A DNA stretch of 63,601 bases, counting the filler, from Octopus bimaculoides (taxonomy: Eukaryota): assembly GCF_001194135.2 (NCBI RefSeq). It is 6 parts of 5 records of this genome, joined end to end, with 100 filler letters (N's around TTAATTAATTAA, not from the genome) between each part and the next. Parts side by side here need not be neighbours in the genome. Positions count along the whole stretch, not along the records: positions 1 to 10,186 come from NC_068983.1; positions 10,287 to 18,905 come from NC_068986.1; 4 more parts are not named here. One strand, given 5' to 3'. This document shows positions 1 through 12,005 of this stretch, piece by piece. Under the pieces are notes generated by a model. It saw only the letters and a list, made by a program, of their open reading frames with translations, did not search any database and was not told where the DNA came from. A program made the translations under genes and the position numbers. Position 1 is the stretch's first letter. Every line of letters starts with the position of its first letter.

Positions 1-523
1 TTTTCCTTCCTTTTCTTGCTCCCCCTCTCTCAAATTTCTTGGCCCTCACTTTCTTTAACTCCCACTATCAATATCGGTACTCCGATTAAACAACTCAAGA
101 GGGAGTGTTTACTTACTGATTGCATTGATGATCTTAGTTAATGAACGTTTTTTTAAGACACTATGTTTTAGATAAGAGGATTATCATGTTTCTATCATAC
201 TAGACACTCGGCTAGATCGAAGCTTTGAGAATGAAATTGAGTTAAGAGAAATTGGGAAATTGAATGGACGAACAACTGTCAAAACCGACGTATTATCGAT
301 TTACACTCACACACACAGATACAAAATATATAAGTGTGTATGTGAGTGTGCGTGCGCACGCGTGTGTGTGTGTATGCTGCATATAAATATATGTTTAATG
401 TACATAGACATATACACATGCATAATGAAAGCATGTGTGTCAATTTTGTGAGAAGAGTATGTAAAGTAAATGTCTTTTGTACAGTTGGTAAATTTATATA
501 TTAACCGTCTAGAGTAGCTACAC

Positions 524-785
524 CAGTGGTTGTGGTTCTCAACCGGAGTTCATACAGCCCTTGTAAGTCCATATAAGATTTTGTTGTTAAAATTTATACG
601 CAATAAACTGGTTATATTTCTACCATACGCGCAATATTTAAATATATATTTTATACAATTCCTAATATTTAACCATAACGATAAAATTGGAGTTTTAGAC
701 ATTGAATGATAATGAGGGTCCCACCTTCTGAGTAAAACAGAAATCAAAAGGGTCCATAGTAAAATAAAATAGTTGAGAACCACCA
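524..785. mobile_element. hAT (Charlie/MER5-like) non-autonomous MITE
   Basis: GTGGTTCTCAAC (532-543) is a perfect inverted match to GTTGAGAACCAC (772-783). The left end begins CAGTGGTT (524). The flanking 8-mers AGCTACAC (516-523) and AGATAGAC (786-793) match 6/8, consistent with a decayed 8-bp TSD. No coding capacity. Confidence 0.6.
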
Positions 786-2085
786 AGATAGACCTAAGAC
801 TAAAGGATTTCTAGCCATAGTTACCTCGTCATATTTTATTCTGAATACAATATCTAATGTGTTCTTAATTATAAAAATTGTGCTGATTTGAGAGAGATTT
901 GGCTGCTACTTCTAGGAAGAGAGAGCTAGCAATAATATAGAAGCTACTTTCTTGATTCATTGCACGAGAATTGTTGCTTAAACTCAGATCAAATCTGATC
1001 GAGCTAGCCTAACTTCAAAGACATTCTAAGCATAACCCTCCTGTCTTGTTTAATCTCAAGTCAACGTTGATTGAATGGGCCTGTGATCAAAGACCTACTC
1101 ATGCTTTCCAGCCATGACCATCACATCTTGATGTTTGATCCTAGATCAACCTCTTTTGTCAGTGCGGATTTCGTAGATGGGTACTGGGTAGAAGTCGTTT
1201 CCTTGATTTAACACCACCACGTGGCACTTAGGAACCGTAACAAAGTCCAGTATTCGGGACAGGTCTTCTATCTGAAGAAAATTTTGTCGTTTCTTTCACC
1301 AGTTGCAAAAACCCTGACGGTCAGGGCTACTCCCCCCGACCTGACTAAAACAAACAAAACAAGAATAACAACACAGACACCAGCACAAAGTTTTCATTGG
1401 TGGGTGACCCGATGGATTGTCGGATCTATGAAGTTCGCAGTAATTTTTCTGACGAGCGTTAAAAGCAAAGGAGGAGTGATTATTTGCAGTTAATATGGCC
1501 TCCTTCTTTGTGGTTGACTGCAAATTACTTACCAATTTGTTTGTCTAACCAACATGCTAGACACGGACCAACGACTGCTAGTAATCTTTTGTATTCTCAG
1601 ACTTTGAAATTCTTAATTATTTCACAGTATCCTCGTTGATAAAGTGATTTCGGCAAAGAAACTCGTCACTTCCTCCGCCTCCCGACTCCAATTGTGAGAT
1701 TATTGGGTCATAGAACAACACTAGTTAGCTCAGAGGGAATGGGATTTTACGCTGTGTGTAGTTGTGTGTATACGAGCGCGCGCGCGTGTGATAAGGTGGG
1801 GTTTTGTCTTCGTACAGTTGTGTAGTTGTATTTTTGTGAGTATGTGTAAAGTTATGTGCGTGGCCGTGCGTCTGAGGTCGTGTGTATGTGAGTGTATGAG
1901 TGGGTGTGTATGCGTGTGCATGTGACTGAGACGAGGACAGAGGGAAGAAGAGGGAAGTTAATGAGATATACTGGAAAGGATTCAAAGACTGATAGTGTCG
2001 GAATTGAGCAAAATAACGAATGGAAGAGAGGGGCAAGAAGCAAGAAATATTCAGAAGATTGGAGGGAGAATGAAAACTTTGATAC

Positions 2086-2210
2086 GTGAGGCGCAGCACG
2101 ACGGTTAAGAGGTATGCTATGCAAGAGCGAGGTTCCGGGTTCGATCTCATTGCATGGCATCTTGAGCAAATGTCGTTTACTATAACCCTAGATCGAGTGA
2201 ATTGCTTTGT
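2086..2210 (+). mobile_element. Diverged tRNA-derived SINE 5' portion
   Basis: B-box-like GGTTCGATC, followed by TGCATGGCATCTTGAGCAAATGTCGTTTACTATA. This is a diverged version of the TGCGTGGCACCTTGGGCAAGTGTCTTCTACTATA segment in the copy at 8745-9136. Confidence 0.6.
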
Positions 2211-2270
2211 CTTACGCGATAGCATGCTGATTCTAATTGAGAATTATATTAAGCGTACACGTATCTCTCT

Positions 2271-2967
2271 TTTACTTGTTTCAGTCAGTTGACTGCGGCC
2301 ATGCTGGAGCACTACCTTTAGTCGAGCAAATCGACCCCAGCACATATTCTTTGGAAGCCTAGTACTTATTCTATCGGTCTATTTTGCTGAACCGCTAAGT
2401 TACGGGGGCGTAAACACACCAGCATCGGTTGTCAAGCGATGTTGGGGGGACACAGACACACACACATACATATATATATATATACATATACATATATACG
2501 ACGGGCTTCTTTCAGTTTCCGTCTACCAAATCCACTCACAAGGCTTTGGTCGGCCCGAGGCTATAGTAGAAGACACTTGCCCAAGGCGCCACGCAGTGGG
2601 NNNNNNNNNNNNNNNNNNNNNNNNNNNNNNNNNNNNNNNNNNNNNNNNNNNNNNNNNNNNNNNNNNNNNNNNNNNNNNNNNNNNNNNNNNNNNNNNNNNN
2701 NNNNNNNNNNNNNNNNNNNNNNNNNNNNNNNNNNNNNNNNNNNNNNNNNNNNNNNNNNNNNNNNNNNNNNNNNNNNNNNNNNNNNNNNNNNNNNNNNNNN
2801 NNNNNNNNNNNNNNNNNNNNNNNNNNNNNNNNNNNNNNNNNNNNNNNNNNNNNNNNNNNNNNNNNNNNNNNNNNNNNNNNNNNNNNNNNNNNNNNNNNNN
2901 NNNNNNNNNNNNNNNNNNNNNNNNNNNNNGTGGTTGATAAGCAAGCTACTTACCACACAGCCATTCC
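2271..2967 (-). mobile_element. tRNA-derived SINE family A (CORE-like), interrupted by an N gap
   Basis: Near-identical to 8745-9136 on both sides of the gap (2601-2929). The head on the minus strand reads GGAATGGCTGTGTGGTAAGTAGCTTGC. Confidence 0.9.
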
Positions 2968-3048
2968 TGTGGAATATCTTTATTCATTGAGCAGTTAATT
3001 TATTTGATTGAACTGAATCATTATTGTCGAACGACAGAGATCCACCAC

Positions 3049-3080
<32 letters not shown>

Positions 3081-3428
3081 CTGTGTGTGTGTGTGTGTGT
3101 GTGTGCGTGTGCGCGCGTCTGTGTGTGTGCGTGTGTGTGTGTGTGTGTGTGTAATGCAAAGATAAGGCAATTCAATAAGAACATCAAAAAAGTAAAGCAG
3201 AAAGAAATCAGTACAATGATAAAGTTGTTACTGAAAAAAGAGAAACAAAATGTACTTGACCTTTTGGACATTACTCTTCGTCTACAAAAGAGGAAAGGAG
3301 GGAACATTGACAATGAAAGAGAGAAAAAAAAAGGAATTGATAGAAAAGAGAAGTAAAGAAAATTATGTAGAAAGTAGAGAGAAGCAAAAATGACTTTGGG
3401 CTTTGTGGTGTACCGTCGTAGATAAGGT

Positions 3429-3828
3429 TGTTGTTGTTGTTGTTGTTGTTGGCATTACGTCGCTTACGACGTTGAAGGTTCCAGTTGATCCAATCAACGG
3501 AACAGCCTGCTCGTGAAATTAACGTGCAAGTGGCTGAGCACTCCACAGACACGTGTACCCTTAACGTAGTTCTCGGGGATATTCAGCGTGACACAGTGTG
3601 ACAAGGCTGGCCCTTTGAAATACAGGTACAACAGAAACAGGAAGAAAGAGTGAGAGAAAGTTGTGGTGGAAGAGTACAGCAGGGTTCGCCATCATCCCCT
3701 GCCAGAGCCTCGTGGAGCTTTAGGTGTTTTCGCTCAATAAACACTCACAACGCCCGGTCTGGGAATCGAAACCGCGATCCTATGACCGCGAGTCCGCTGC
3801 TCTAACCACTAGGCCATTGCGCCTCCAC
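3429..3828 (-). mobile_element. Full-length tRNA-derived SINE family C with (CAA)n tail and ~65-bp flanking duplication
   Basis: The minus-strand head GTGGAGGCGCAATGGCCTAGTGGTTAGAGCAGCGGACTCGCGGTCATAGGATCGCGGTTTCGATTCCC has A- and B-box-like motifs. The tail appears as (GTT)n at 3426-3450. Direct repeats lie at 3364-3428 and 3829-3894. Confidence 0.9.
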
Positions 3829-4074
3829 TATGTAGAAAGTAGAGAGAAGCAAAAATGACTTTGGGGCTTTGTGAAGTACCGTCGTAGATAAGGTACAAGT
3901 GCCTATATATACAGATGCAACACTGATTGGATGCTTGGTGTGGTTGACTATGTCATCTGCAACTGCTAGTGTATATTTGTTGGTATGTGAAGTTTCGTGC
4001 GCATGCTTATGAAAGCGTATATGTATGCAAAAGTTGATGTGTTGGTGTACGTACTCGTGTGTGTGTGTGCGTGT

Positions 4075-4111
<37 letters not shown>

Positions 4112-4403
4112 GTATGTAGGCATTGGTATGTGTTTTCTCGGCACATAAGTGGGTGCATGTACGTATACGACTGTGTATTGTATGCGAATGGTTGGACAGT
4201 GTTGATGTATATGTTGCCTTTTTAACATCTTGGTGCATGTATGTGAATGTAATTTGTGTGTAGTATTCGTGTGTGATTGAGTGTGTAAATTAAATATGCG
4301 CATACATTGAAGGGCACCTTTGTACGTGTGGGCCTGTGTTTGAGTGTGTAAAAAAGTATGTGTATATCTGCGTGAAAATATGAGTGCGCAAGTTAAATTG
4401 TAC

Positions 4404-4405
4404 TT

Positions 4406-4462
<57 letters not shown>

Positions 4463-4500
4463 CTCTCCCTCTCTCTCTCTCTATTTCTCTCTCTCTCTCT
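4404..4500. repeat. (TC)n/(TATC)n compound microsatellite
   Basis: Directly visible. Confidence 0.95.
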
Positions 4501-5699
4501 CAGTGCATGCTTGAGTGAGTACATGTGTGCGTGCATGTAAGTGTGTGTGTGCACGTACGTGCACGCAAAAGTACGAGTGAAAACGTGATTGAAATTTTAA
4601 ATTAAAAATAATCCAGGAGAAAATTCGTGTAAACGGTTCTGACTCCATCTTGAAAAGCATGTCCAGAGGAGATTGAAAGGGACAAAAAGTAACTTTTTTG
4701 AAAGTAGAGGTGGCCAAAAATGAGAACCCGTCACCACTGAAATTAGTTCTTCTGCTCGATCACAGCTGACCTAAGATCAAACAACTACTCACTAGTCAAC
4801 GTAGAGTCCTCTATATTGTGCTTTGTCTGCTAGAAATAAAAACCAATTCTCCCGCAAATTTCTTCCTCTTCTCTAAACGTCCAAAAGTAATAACAACAAC
4901 AGCAACAACTACAAATCAGGAGAAAAAAAAACTGGTAATATTGCTGATAAGGGTTAAAATGATGTATGTGGTTAAGTTGATGAAAAGTTTATGAGCAGGA
5001 AAACTTTTACAGTGTTTAAAGAGGTTTCACTGAAGAAGCGTTTAGTTTAGAAACGACGTCGATGACACAGAATGAAAGAAACAAAAACAAAAAAAAAAAA
5101 GAATGAAATAAAATCACAATAAAACAAAGTATACTTCGTACTAGACTATACTCTGATGGCCATCCATGCATATCGGTTGCTGGGAGATAAAAAGCTAGCA
5201 TTATTGCGTAATGGTATCAATAAAGATCCCTTATTGTGGTCGCTGGTATGTCTGAATGTAGCAATAGCGGCCATATTTTATTCGCCACATCGGCTTGAGT
5301 TTGTAGAATGTGTATAATTAGTTGAGCTTCGTTGGTTCCCCTATCTTATATTGCAAGTAATATGGTAGGAAACGGTGTAAATGGTAAAGAAGGAGAGAAG
5401 AAATTTAAAGATAAAAATAAACAGAGCCAAGAGTAAGTAAACACAGACGAACGTTGCCAACTATTGAAAGTCAGACACACCCACGGGTCCATAAACACAC
5501 AAATACTTTTCTAAGTTTTCCTTTTCTCCTTACATACACATACATACATACAAACATACATACATACATACATATATACATACATACATATACACATACA
5601 TACTTTACGCACACACATATATCTGTGTATATATGTATATTTATATTTATATACAAATATATGTATACACATATGTATATATACGTGTGTATGTAGATA

Positions 5700-5735
<36 letters not shown>

Positions 5736-5904
5736 AGTGTGTGTGTGTGAGAGAGAGAGAAAGAGAGAGATAATTATTCTATTCACTTGCACTTTGTATG
5801 TTACTTATCTATATGCCTATGTCGTGCAAATTATGCGGCCAAATATATAATACACTATTCTGTGAAAATTAATACAAGGTGGTGTAGATGTAATTGATAT
5901 TGCT

Positions 5905-6105
5905 ATTGTTAAGAAAGTGGATCAAGATGCCTTCGGGCTATTGTTCCAATTTTCTATATTCTTAATTCCAATCCATCCGGGGTCACACTTGCCTTTCATC
6001 CATTTTGGAGTCGATAAAATAAAGTTTGAATCAAGTACTACCGATCCATTAATCGATTGTTTCACTCCTTAAATCTAAGTTTTGTGTCTATGTAAGAAAG
6101 AGTTA
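5905..6105 (+). mobile_element. Diverged SINE family B copy
   Basis: TTGCCTTTCATCCATTTTGGAGTCGATAAAATAA matches the family B core seen at 15687-15900 and 17616-17830. Confidence 0.55.
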
Positions 6106-7780
6106 CAGTGTTTTTTGCTTGTTTTTTTTCTCTCTAGGTTTGTTTTAAGATTTAGTTCCTTAAAAGATTTTTTACCAATCACAAAATGAGAGACAAATAT
6201 AGTAGAAAGCCTGGAATCAATCTGGTTCGGATGATCGCCGGTAATATATTTCACTAAATCTGACGATAAGAACGGCTTATTTTACCCGATTGATGTAACG
6301 GCGGAAGGGGCCTCTATTTAGTCACTCAACCTTCTAGTAAAAGATGAAATCTCTTTCTGATAACACTGAGAGAAAAGGTTAGAATTGATAAAGAAGTAAC
6401 TTCATATAAGTTGTATAATTGATCCCTCTAAATTTCGATATTTGACTAAGATAAATTTCATGTTTACACTGATTATTGCCTAAACTACTTTCATTACACT
6501 AGTATAAACATTTATCTGTTTGTTTATACTAACGCCATCTTCCCACCAGTCAACTTTCTTTATCAGATTTATCCTATTCTGTTTCTACTCAAGTATTTAT
6601 AGATTATGATTGTTGGTACTGCGATTATGGCCATCTAACTACATAAATTATTTTCTTTTCCTTATTTGTTTCTTCGTTTTCTCTCCTTCTTCTCCGAATT
6701 TTCATAAAACCTTCGCTATTTTGTACCTTTTACTTTAAGTTTTCAATATTCACCTTGAATAATAATTAACTGGATATCCCATAATTAAAGTTAAAGTTCT
6801 ATTAGTTCTGCAATAATTAATCGAAGCACTTTAATCAAGATGAATTAAATTAATGAATAAGTGACACTTGAATTGATTAACCATGTCACTCTTTTCATAT
6901 AGTAAACAAAATAAACTTTTTTTTTAGAACAACGACGGCAACCATCTTCTAATATATTTTGATGGGGTAAATGTCATGCTTGGCACCTGCTATCTGTTAG
7001 TACATAAGCCTATTTTGCTAATATCAGCTTTTACAAGTGATACAGCTAAATTTTATGACATGCATTTTAACTATTCTATATTTTACAACTTCTTTCTGTT
7101 ATCCACTCTCATGACTAACTGATAGTAGTCTAACCCATTTTTTAAATCGTTGGTAATTCTGACTAGAAATCTCACTTGTTGGTGAACTTTTGAATCATCA
7201 GCAAGTCAATGCTCGCTTGTATATTTACTAAACCTGATGATTTCAAAGTTGCATAACGTATCGCATAATCTTATGGATGTTGTGCATACTACCCACATGA
7301 CTTAACCATTTTATGTCATAAGATGCTTAATGAAACTCTTGTAGCGGTACAAAATAATCCATTCGCCTGTTTATATTCTGTTTTTTTTTTACGACACATA
7401 TATATATGTATAAGTGTATATATGTATATGTATATATGCATATGTGTATATATATATATATATATNNNNNNNNNNNNNNNNNNNNNNNNNNNNNNNNNNN
7501 NNNNNNNNNNNNNNNNNNNNNNNNNNNNNNNNNNNNNNNNNNNNNNNNNNNNNNNNNNNNNNNNNNNNNNNNNNNNNNNNNNNNNNNNNNNNNNNNNNNN
7601 NNNNNNNNNNNNNNNNNNNNNNNNNNNNNNNNNNNNNNNNNNNNNNNNNNNNNNNNNNNNNNNNNNNNNNNNNNNNNNNNNNNNNNNNNNNNNNNNNNNN
7701 NNNNNNNNNNNNNNNNNNNNNNNNNNNNNNNNNNNNNNNNNNNTATATATATACATATGTATGTGTGTGTGTGTGTGTGT

Positions 7781-7988
7781 GTATTTGTGTGTCTGTTGTT
7801 ATCCACCCACCATCACTTCACAACCGACGTTGGTGCGTTTACATCCCCGTAACTTTCCGGTTCGGCAAAAGAGGCTGATAAAATGAGTACTAAGCTTACA
7901 AAGAATAAGTCCTGGAGCCGATTTGTTCGGTTAAAGGCGGTGCTCCAGCATAGCCGCAGTCAAATGACTGAAACAAATAAAAGAATAA
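7781..7988 (+). mobile_element. SINE family A 3' half (5' part lies in the N gap)
   Basis: Reverse complement of the body at 8745-8940: AAGAATAAGTCCTGG...GGCGGTGCTCCAGCATAGCCGCAGTCAAATGACTGAAACA. Confidence 0.85.
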
Positions 7989-8519
7989 AGCTACATATAA
8001 TTATATATGCAGAGAGAGAGAGGGAAAGCGAGGATGCAGTGACATTGATTATGTATATCAACAAAATGGTTGGGAGAAATACTTCAGGGGACTCTTCTAC
8101 ATTCTAAATAAACATATAGTTGAGTATCACATACAGTGTGTAATATGAAATGAAAAATCTTGTACAAGCTGACATCATACAAGCAATAAATAACATAAAC
8201 TAACGTACGTCTATTTAGTATGCAAAAATGGTCTCCAAGAATATGTTTCTTCAACTATATTATTAACATTAACGCACATAATTAAGTAGCAGTCTGATTT
8301 TAAAATATTCCATTGACGAAAATGGAAATTTAAATATAAATAATTATGAAATAGTTTTTTTTTTTTTTGATAATTGGATTAACTTGACTGTACATGTTAT
8401 AAATCTATGTTTACATGTACATGTGATTACATGTAACGGTCTTAGAACGAATGAACCGAGAAGTATTCACAATGTGCTTAATATTAAAGATGTGACAGAT
8501 ACCTGCACTATGTATGCTT

Positions 8520-8586
8520 GTATGTATGTATGTATGTATGTATGTATGTATGTATGTATGTATGTATGTATGTATGTATGTATGTA
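8520..8586. repeat. (TATG)n microsatellite
   Basis: Directly visible. Confidence 0.95.
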
Positions 8587-8744
8587 TACATGTTTGTGTT
8601 AACATTAAGGAGGACTATGTCAGAGATGAAGGAAATGCAATATATCGACATTGGAGGAAAATGTGATATCAACCATTGATGAAATGAGCTTAAACTCAGC
8701 AACAACTCCTGATGAATGCCCAGCGACTATCTTTCTTTTATACT

Positions 8745-9136
8745 TTCACTTGTTTCAGTCATTTGACTGCGGCCATGCTGGAGCACCGCATTTAGTCGAG
8801 CAAATCGACCCCAGGACTTATTCTTTGTAAGCCTAGTACTTATTCTATCGGTCTCTTTTTGCCGAACCGTTAAGTTATGGGGACGTAAACACACCAGCAT
8901 CGGTTGTCAAGCGATGTTGGGGGGGACAAACACAGACACAAACATATGCACACACATACATACATATATACATATACATATATACGACTGGCTTCTTTCA
9001 GTTTCCGTCTACCAAATCCACTCACAAGGCTTTGGTCGGCCCGAGGCTATAGTAGAAGACACTTGCCCAAGGTGCCACGCAGTGGGACTGAACCCGGAAC
9101 CATGTGGTTGGTAAGCAAGCTACTTACCACACAGCC
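8745..9136 (-). mobile_element. Full-length tRNA-derived SINE family A (CORE-like) with internal TA/CA microsatellite
   Basis: The minus-strand head has GGCTGTGTGGTAAG...GGTTCCGGGTTCAGTCCC (A/B-box-like), then TGCGTGGCACCTTGGGCAAGTGTCTTC, which resembles the CORE-SINE domain. Further copies are at 2271, 7781, 19476 and 39908. Confidence 0.92.
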
Positions 9137-9164
9137 TCTCAAATGGCTTATAGTTCTACAATAG

Positions 9165-9300
9165 ACAAAATATTTTAACACTTTTTTTTATACAATTCCT
9201 AATGATAATTAATAATAGAATTTTTTAAACATTGAAGGACTAGGAGGACCAATCCGAGTAAAATAGAAATGAAAGAGGTCCATAGGTAAAAAATGGTTCA
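9165..9300 (+). repeat. Partial diverged copy of the internal region of the 524-785 MITE
   Basis: TTTTATACAATTCCTAAT...AAACATTGAA...GAGTAAAATAGAAATGAAAGAGGTCCATAG aligns with ~650-760. Confidence 0.55.
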
Positions 9301-9339
9301 GAGTCATCGGGTTACACGGAGAATGTAACCAGTCACGTT

Positions 9340-9505
9340 TTGGTTTGTTTGTGTCCTTGTAACTTAGAGGTCCGGTAAAAAGAAATCGATAGAATAAGTA
9401 CCAGGCCCAATGAAAAGTAAGTACTAGGTCAATTCATTCGACAAAAACAAAGTTTTTCAGGGTGGTGTTCTAGCATGGTCATAGTCTAATAACTGAAACA
9501 TAAAA
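9340..9505 (+). mobile_element. Diverged SINE family A-like 3' half
   Basis: GTAACTTAGAGGTCCGGTAAAAAGAAATCGATAGAATAAGTACCAGG...CTAGCATGGTCATAGTCTAATAACTGAAACA parallels 7850-7980. Confidence 0.6.
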
Positions 9506-10333
9506 AAAAAAAGAAACTAGCGAAATGAATCCAGAACCAGTGAAGGAGCACATGGTTTTAAAGTAACTACGGAACCCTTCAACAATCCAGTGCCGTTACT
9601 CGAAATGATTTACTTCCCTTAGGGAGGGACTTATGAAATCTTCAGGTTCAAAGGCCGGCATATGTTCAATATCCTGTCAAAGAAATTTTCAGATAAGGAA
9701 AGTGAATGTATACACGAAATACTTTGAAATTGTCTTTTGAGTCATAGATGAACCTTAGAACACTGCGGATGAAGGCAGTGGCATCAAACACCTTAATTCA
9801 CATGAGAGTCATAGAAAAAATACCATCAGAAATAGTTACACATCAGTATGGGTATGGCTCATGGGCTAGAACCATTTAAAAGAGTAAAGTGTGTGCGTGT
9901 GCATGTGTGTGTGTGTGTGTGTGAGTGTGTGTGTGTGTGTGCGTGTGTGTGTGTGTGCGCGCGTGCATACGGGTACACTCGAATACTTACTAGTAGCTAT
10001 GAATAAGGTGTCAACAAAGCGCTTACTACCATGATTTCATTCAGAAGGGATTGAAGCGTTAATGGGGTGAGAAAGGAAAAAGGAGAGAGAGAGAGAGAGG
10101 GAGAGAGAGAGAGAGAGAGAGAGAGTAAAAAGGAAAAAATAGAGATTGTTTTTAAAAATCTTTGGACTCGAACAATCCTGTCTACANNNNNNNNNNNNNN
10201 NNNNNNNNNNNNNNNNNNNNNNNNNNNNNNTTAATTAATTAANNNNNNNNNNNNNNNNNNNNNNNNNNNNNNNNNNNNNNNNNNNNATATATATATTCAT
10301 CAATCCATTCCTACTCCATCCATACTCCAGCGT

Positions 10334-10344
10334 CTCTATCTATC

Positions 10345-10404
<60 letters not shown>

Positions 10405-10410
10405 CATCTA

Positions 10411-10448
<38 letters not shown>

Positions 10449-10462
10449 CGTCCGTCCGTCCG

Positions 10463-10518
<56 letters not shown>

Positions 10519-10523
10519 CCTAT

Positions 10524-10574
<51 letters not shown>

Positions 10575-10592
10575 ATCTATCTATCTATCTAT
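10334..10592. repeat. Compound tetranucleotide array (TATC)n-(TGTC)n-(CGTC)n-(TATC)n
   Basis: Directly visible; units differ by single-base steps. Confidence 0.95.
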
Positions 10593-11226
10593 CGCTCGCT
10601 CGATTCAACATACATACATACATATACGCACACACGATATACACTACGTTATAAGAATTTAGAAACTTTCCAAAGAACCGGAGACTATTCGTTGTTAACT
10701 GTAGAACTCGAAGTAGATAAAGCTATAAATGATAGCATGTAAATACCGGCGTAAAGGTTCGAGTCCAACTTGCAGCCTTCGACTTTTTCTATTCTGAGGG
10801 GTTTTAAGGGTTTTTAATTGCTATATGTTCTTGCACGCGAGCGTGTGTGCATGAATGTGTGTGTGAGTGTGTGTGTGTGTGAGTGTGTGTGTGTTTGTTT
10901 GTGCGTTTGTTGGTTTTGTGTGTGTGTGTGTGTGTGTATGTGTGTGTGCGTGCTTCTGTACGTGCGTTCGTGCGTGTGCGCGCGTGTGTGGTTTTTGCTT
11001 ATTTCTTGAAATTACAATGTGAAAGTGCTGAACACAAGCTTGTGTTGAAAGTAAATAGGGTTTGAAACTTGGTTATTTATGTGTGAAATAAACAGGGTTT
11101 CATTCAGTTGGTCATTCGTTCAACTGTACACATCAACAGAGCGAAAAGGATATCTTTCTAAACCGATGGGTAGAACGAATGGCCAGCTGAACGAAGCCGT
11201 GGTGCAGAACACGCACACCCAAACAC

Positions 11227-11262
<36 letters not shown>

Positions 11263-12005
11263 NNNNNNNNNNNNNNNNNNNNNNNNNNNNNNNNNNNNNN
11301 NNNNNNNNNNNNNNNNNNNNNNNNNNNNNNNNNNNNNNNNNNNNNNNNNNNNNNNNNNNNNNNNNNNNNNNNNNNNNNNNNNNNNNNNNNNNNNNNNNNN
11401 NNNNNNNNNNNNNNNNNNNNNNNNNNNNNNNNNNNNNNNNNNNNNNNNNNNNNNNNNNNNNNNNNNNNNNNNNNNNNNNNNNNNNNNNNNNNNNNNNNNN
11501 NNNNNNNNNNNNNNNNNNNNNNNNNNNNNNNNNNNNNNNNNNNNNNNNNNNNNNNNNNNNNNNNNNNNNNNNNNNNNNNNNNNNNNNNNNNNNNNNNNNN
11601 NNNNNNNNNNNNNNNNNNNNNNNNNNNNNNNNNNNNNNNNNNNNNNNNNNNNNNNNNNNNNNNNNNNNNNNNNNNNNNNNNNNNNNNNNNNNNNNNNNNN
11701 NNNNNNNNNNNNNNNNNNNNNNNNNNNNNNNNNNNNNNNNNNNNNNNNNNNNNNNNNNNNNNNNNNNNNNNNNNNNNNNNNNNNNNNNNNNNNNNNNNNN
11801 NNNNNNNNNNNNNNNNNNNNNNNNNNNNNNNNNNNNNNNNNNNNNNNNNNNNNNNNNNNNNNNNNNNNNNNNNNNNNNNNNNNNNNNNNNNNNNNNNNNN
11901 NNNNNNNNNNNNNNNNNNNNNNNNNNNNNNNNNNNNNNNNNNNNNNNNNNNNNNNNNNNNNNNNNNNNNNNNNNNNNNATATATATATATATATATATAT
12001 ATATA

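Noticed and set aside
3750-3828. tRNA-like sequences at SINE heads (also 23940-24015, 9070-9136, 15820-15900)
   Set aside because: They have A/B-box-like motifs but continue into shared SINE bodies and lack a convincing acceptor stem. They are SINE heads, not tRNA genes.
5025-5065. CTGAAGA...GAAACGACGTC hammerhead-like string
   Set aside because: Stem II has no closing pair and no stem I complement follows the putative GTC site.
10231-10242. TTAATTAATTAA embedded in N runs (also 18950-18961, 41450-41461, 57988-57999, 61645-61656)
   Set aside because: It sits between runs of about 44 Ns on each side (100-bp block) and has stops in all six frames. This is an assembly or scaffolding spacer, not biological sequence.
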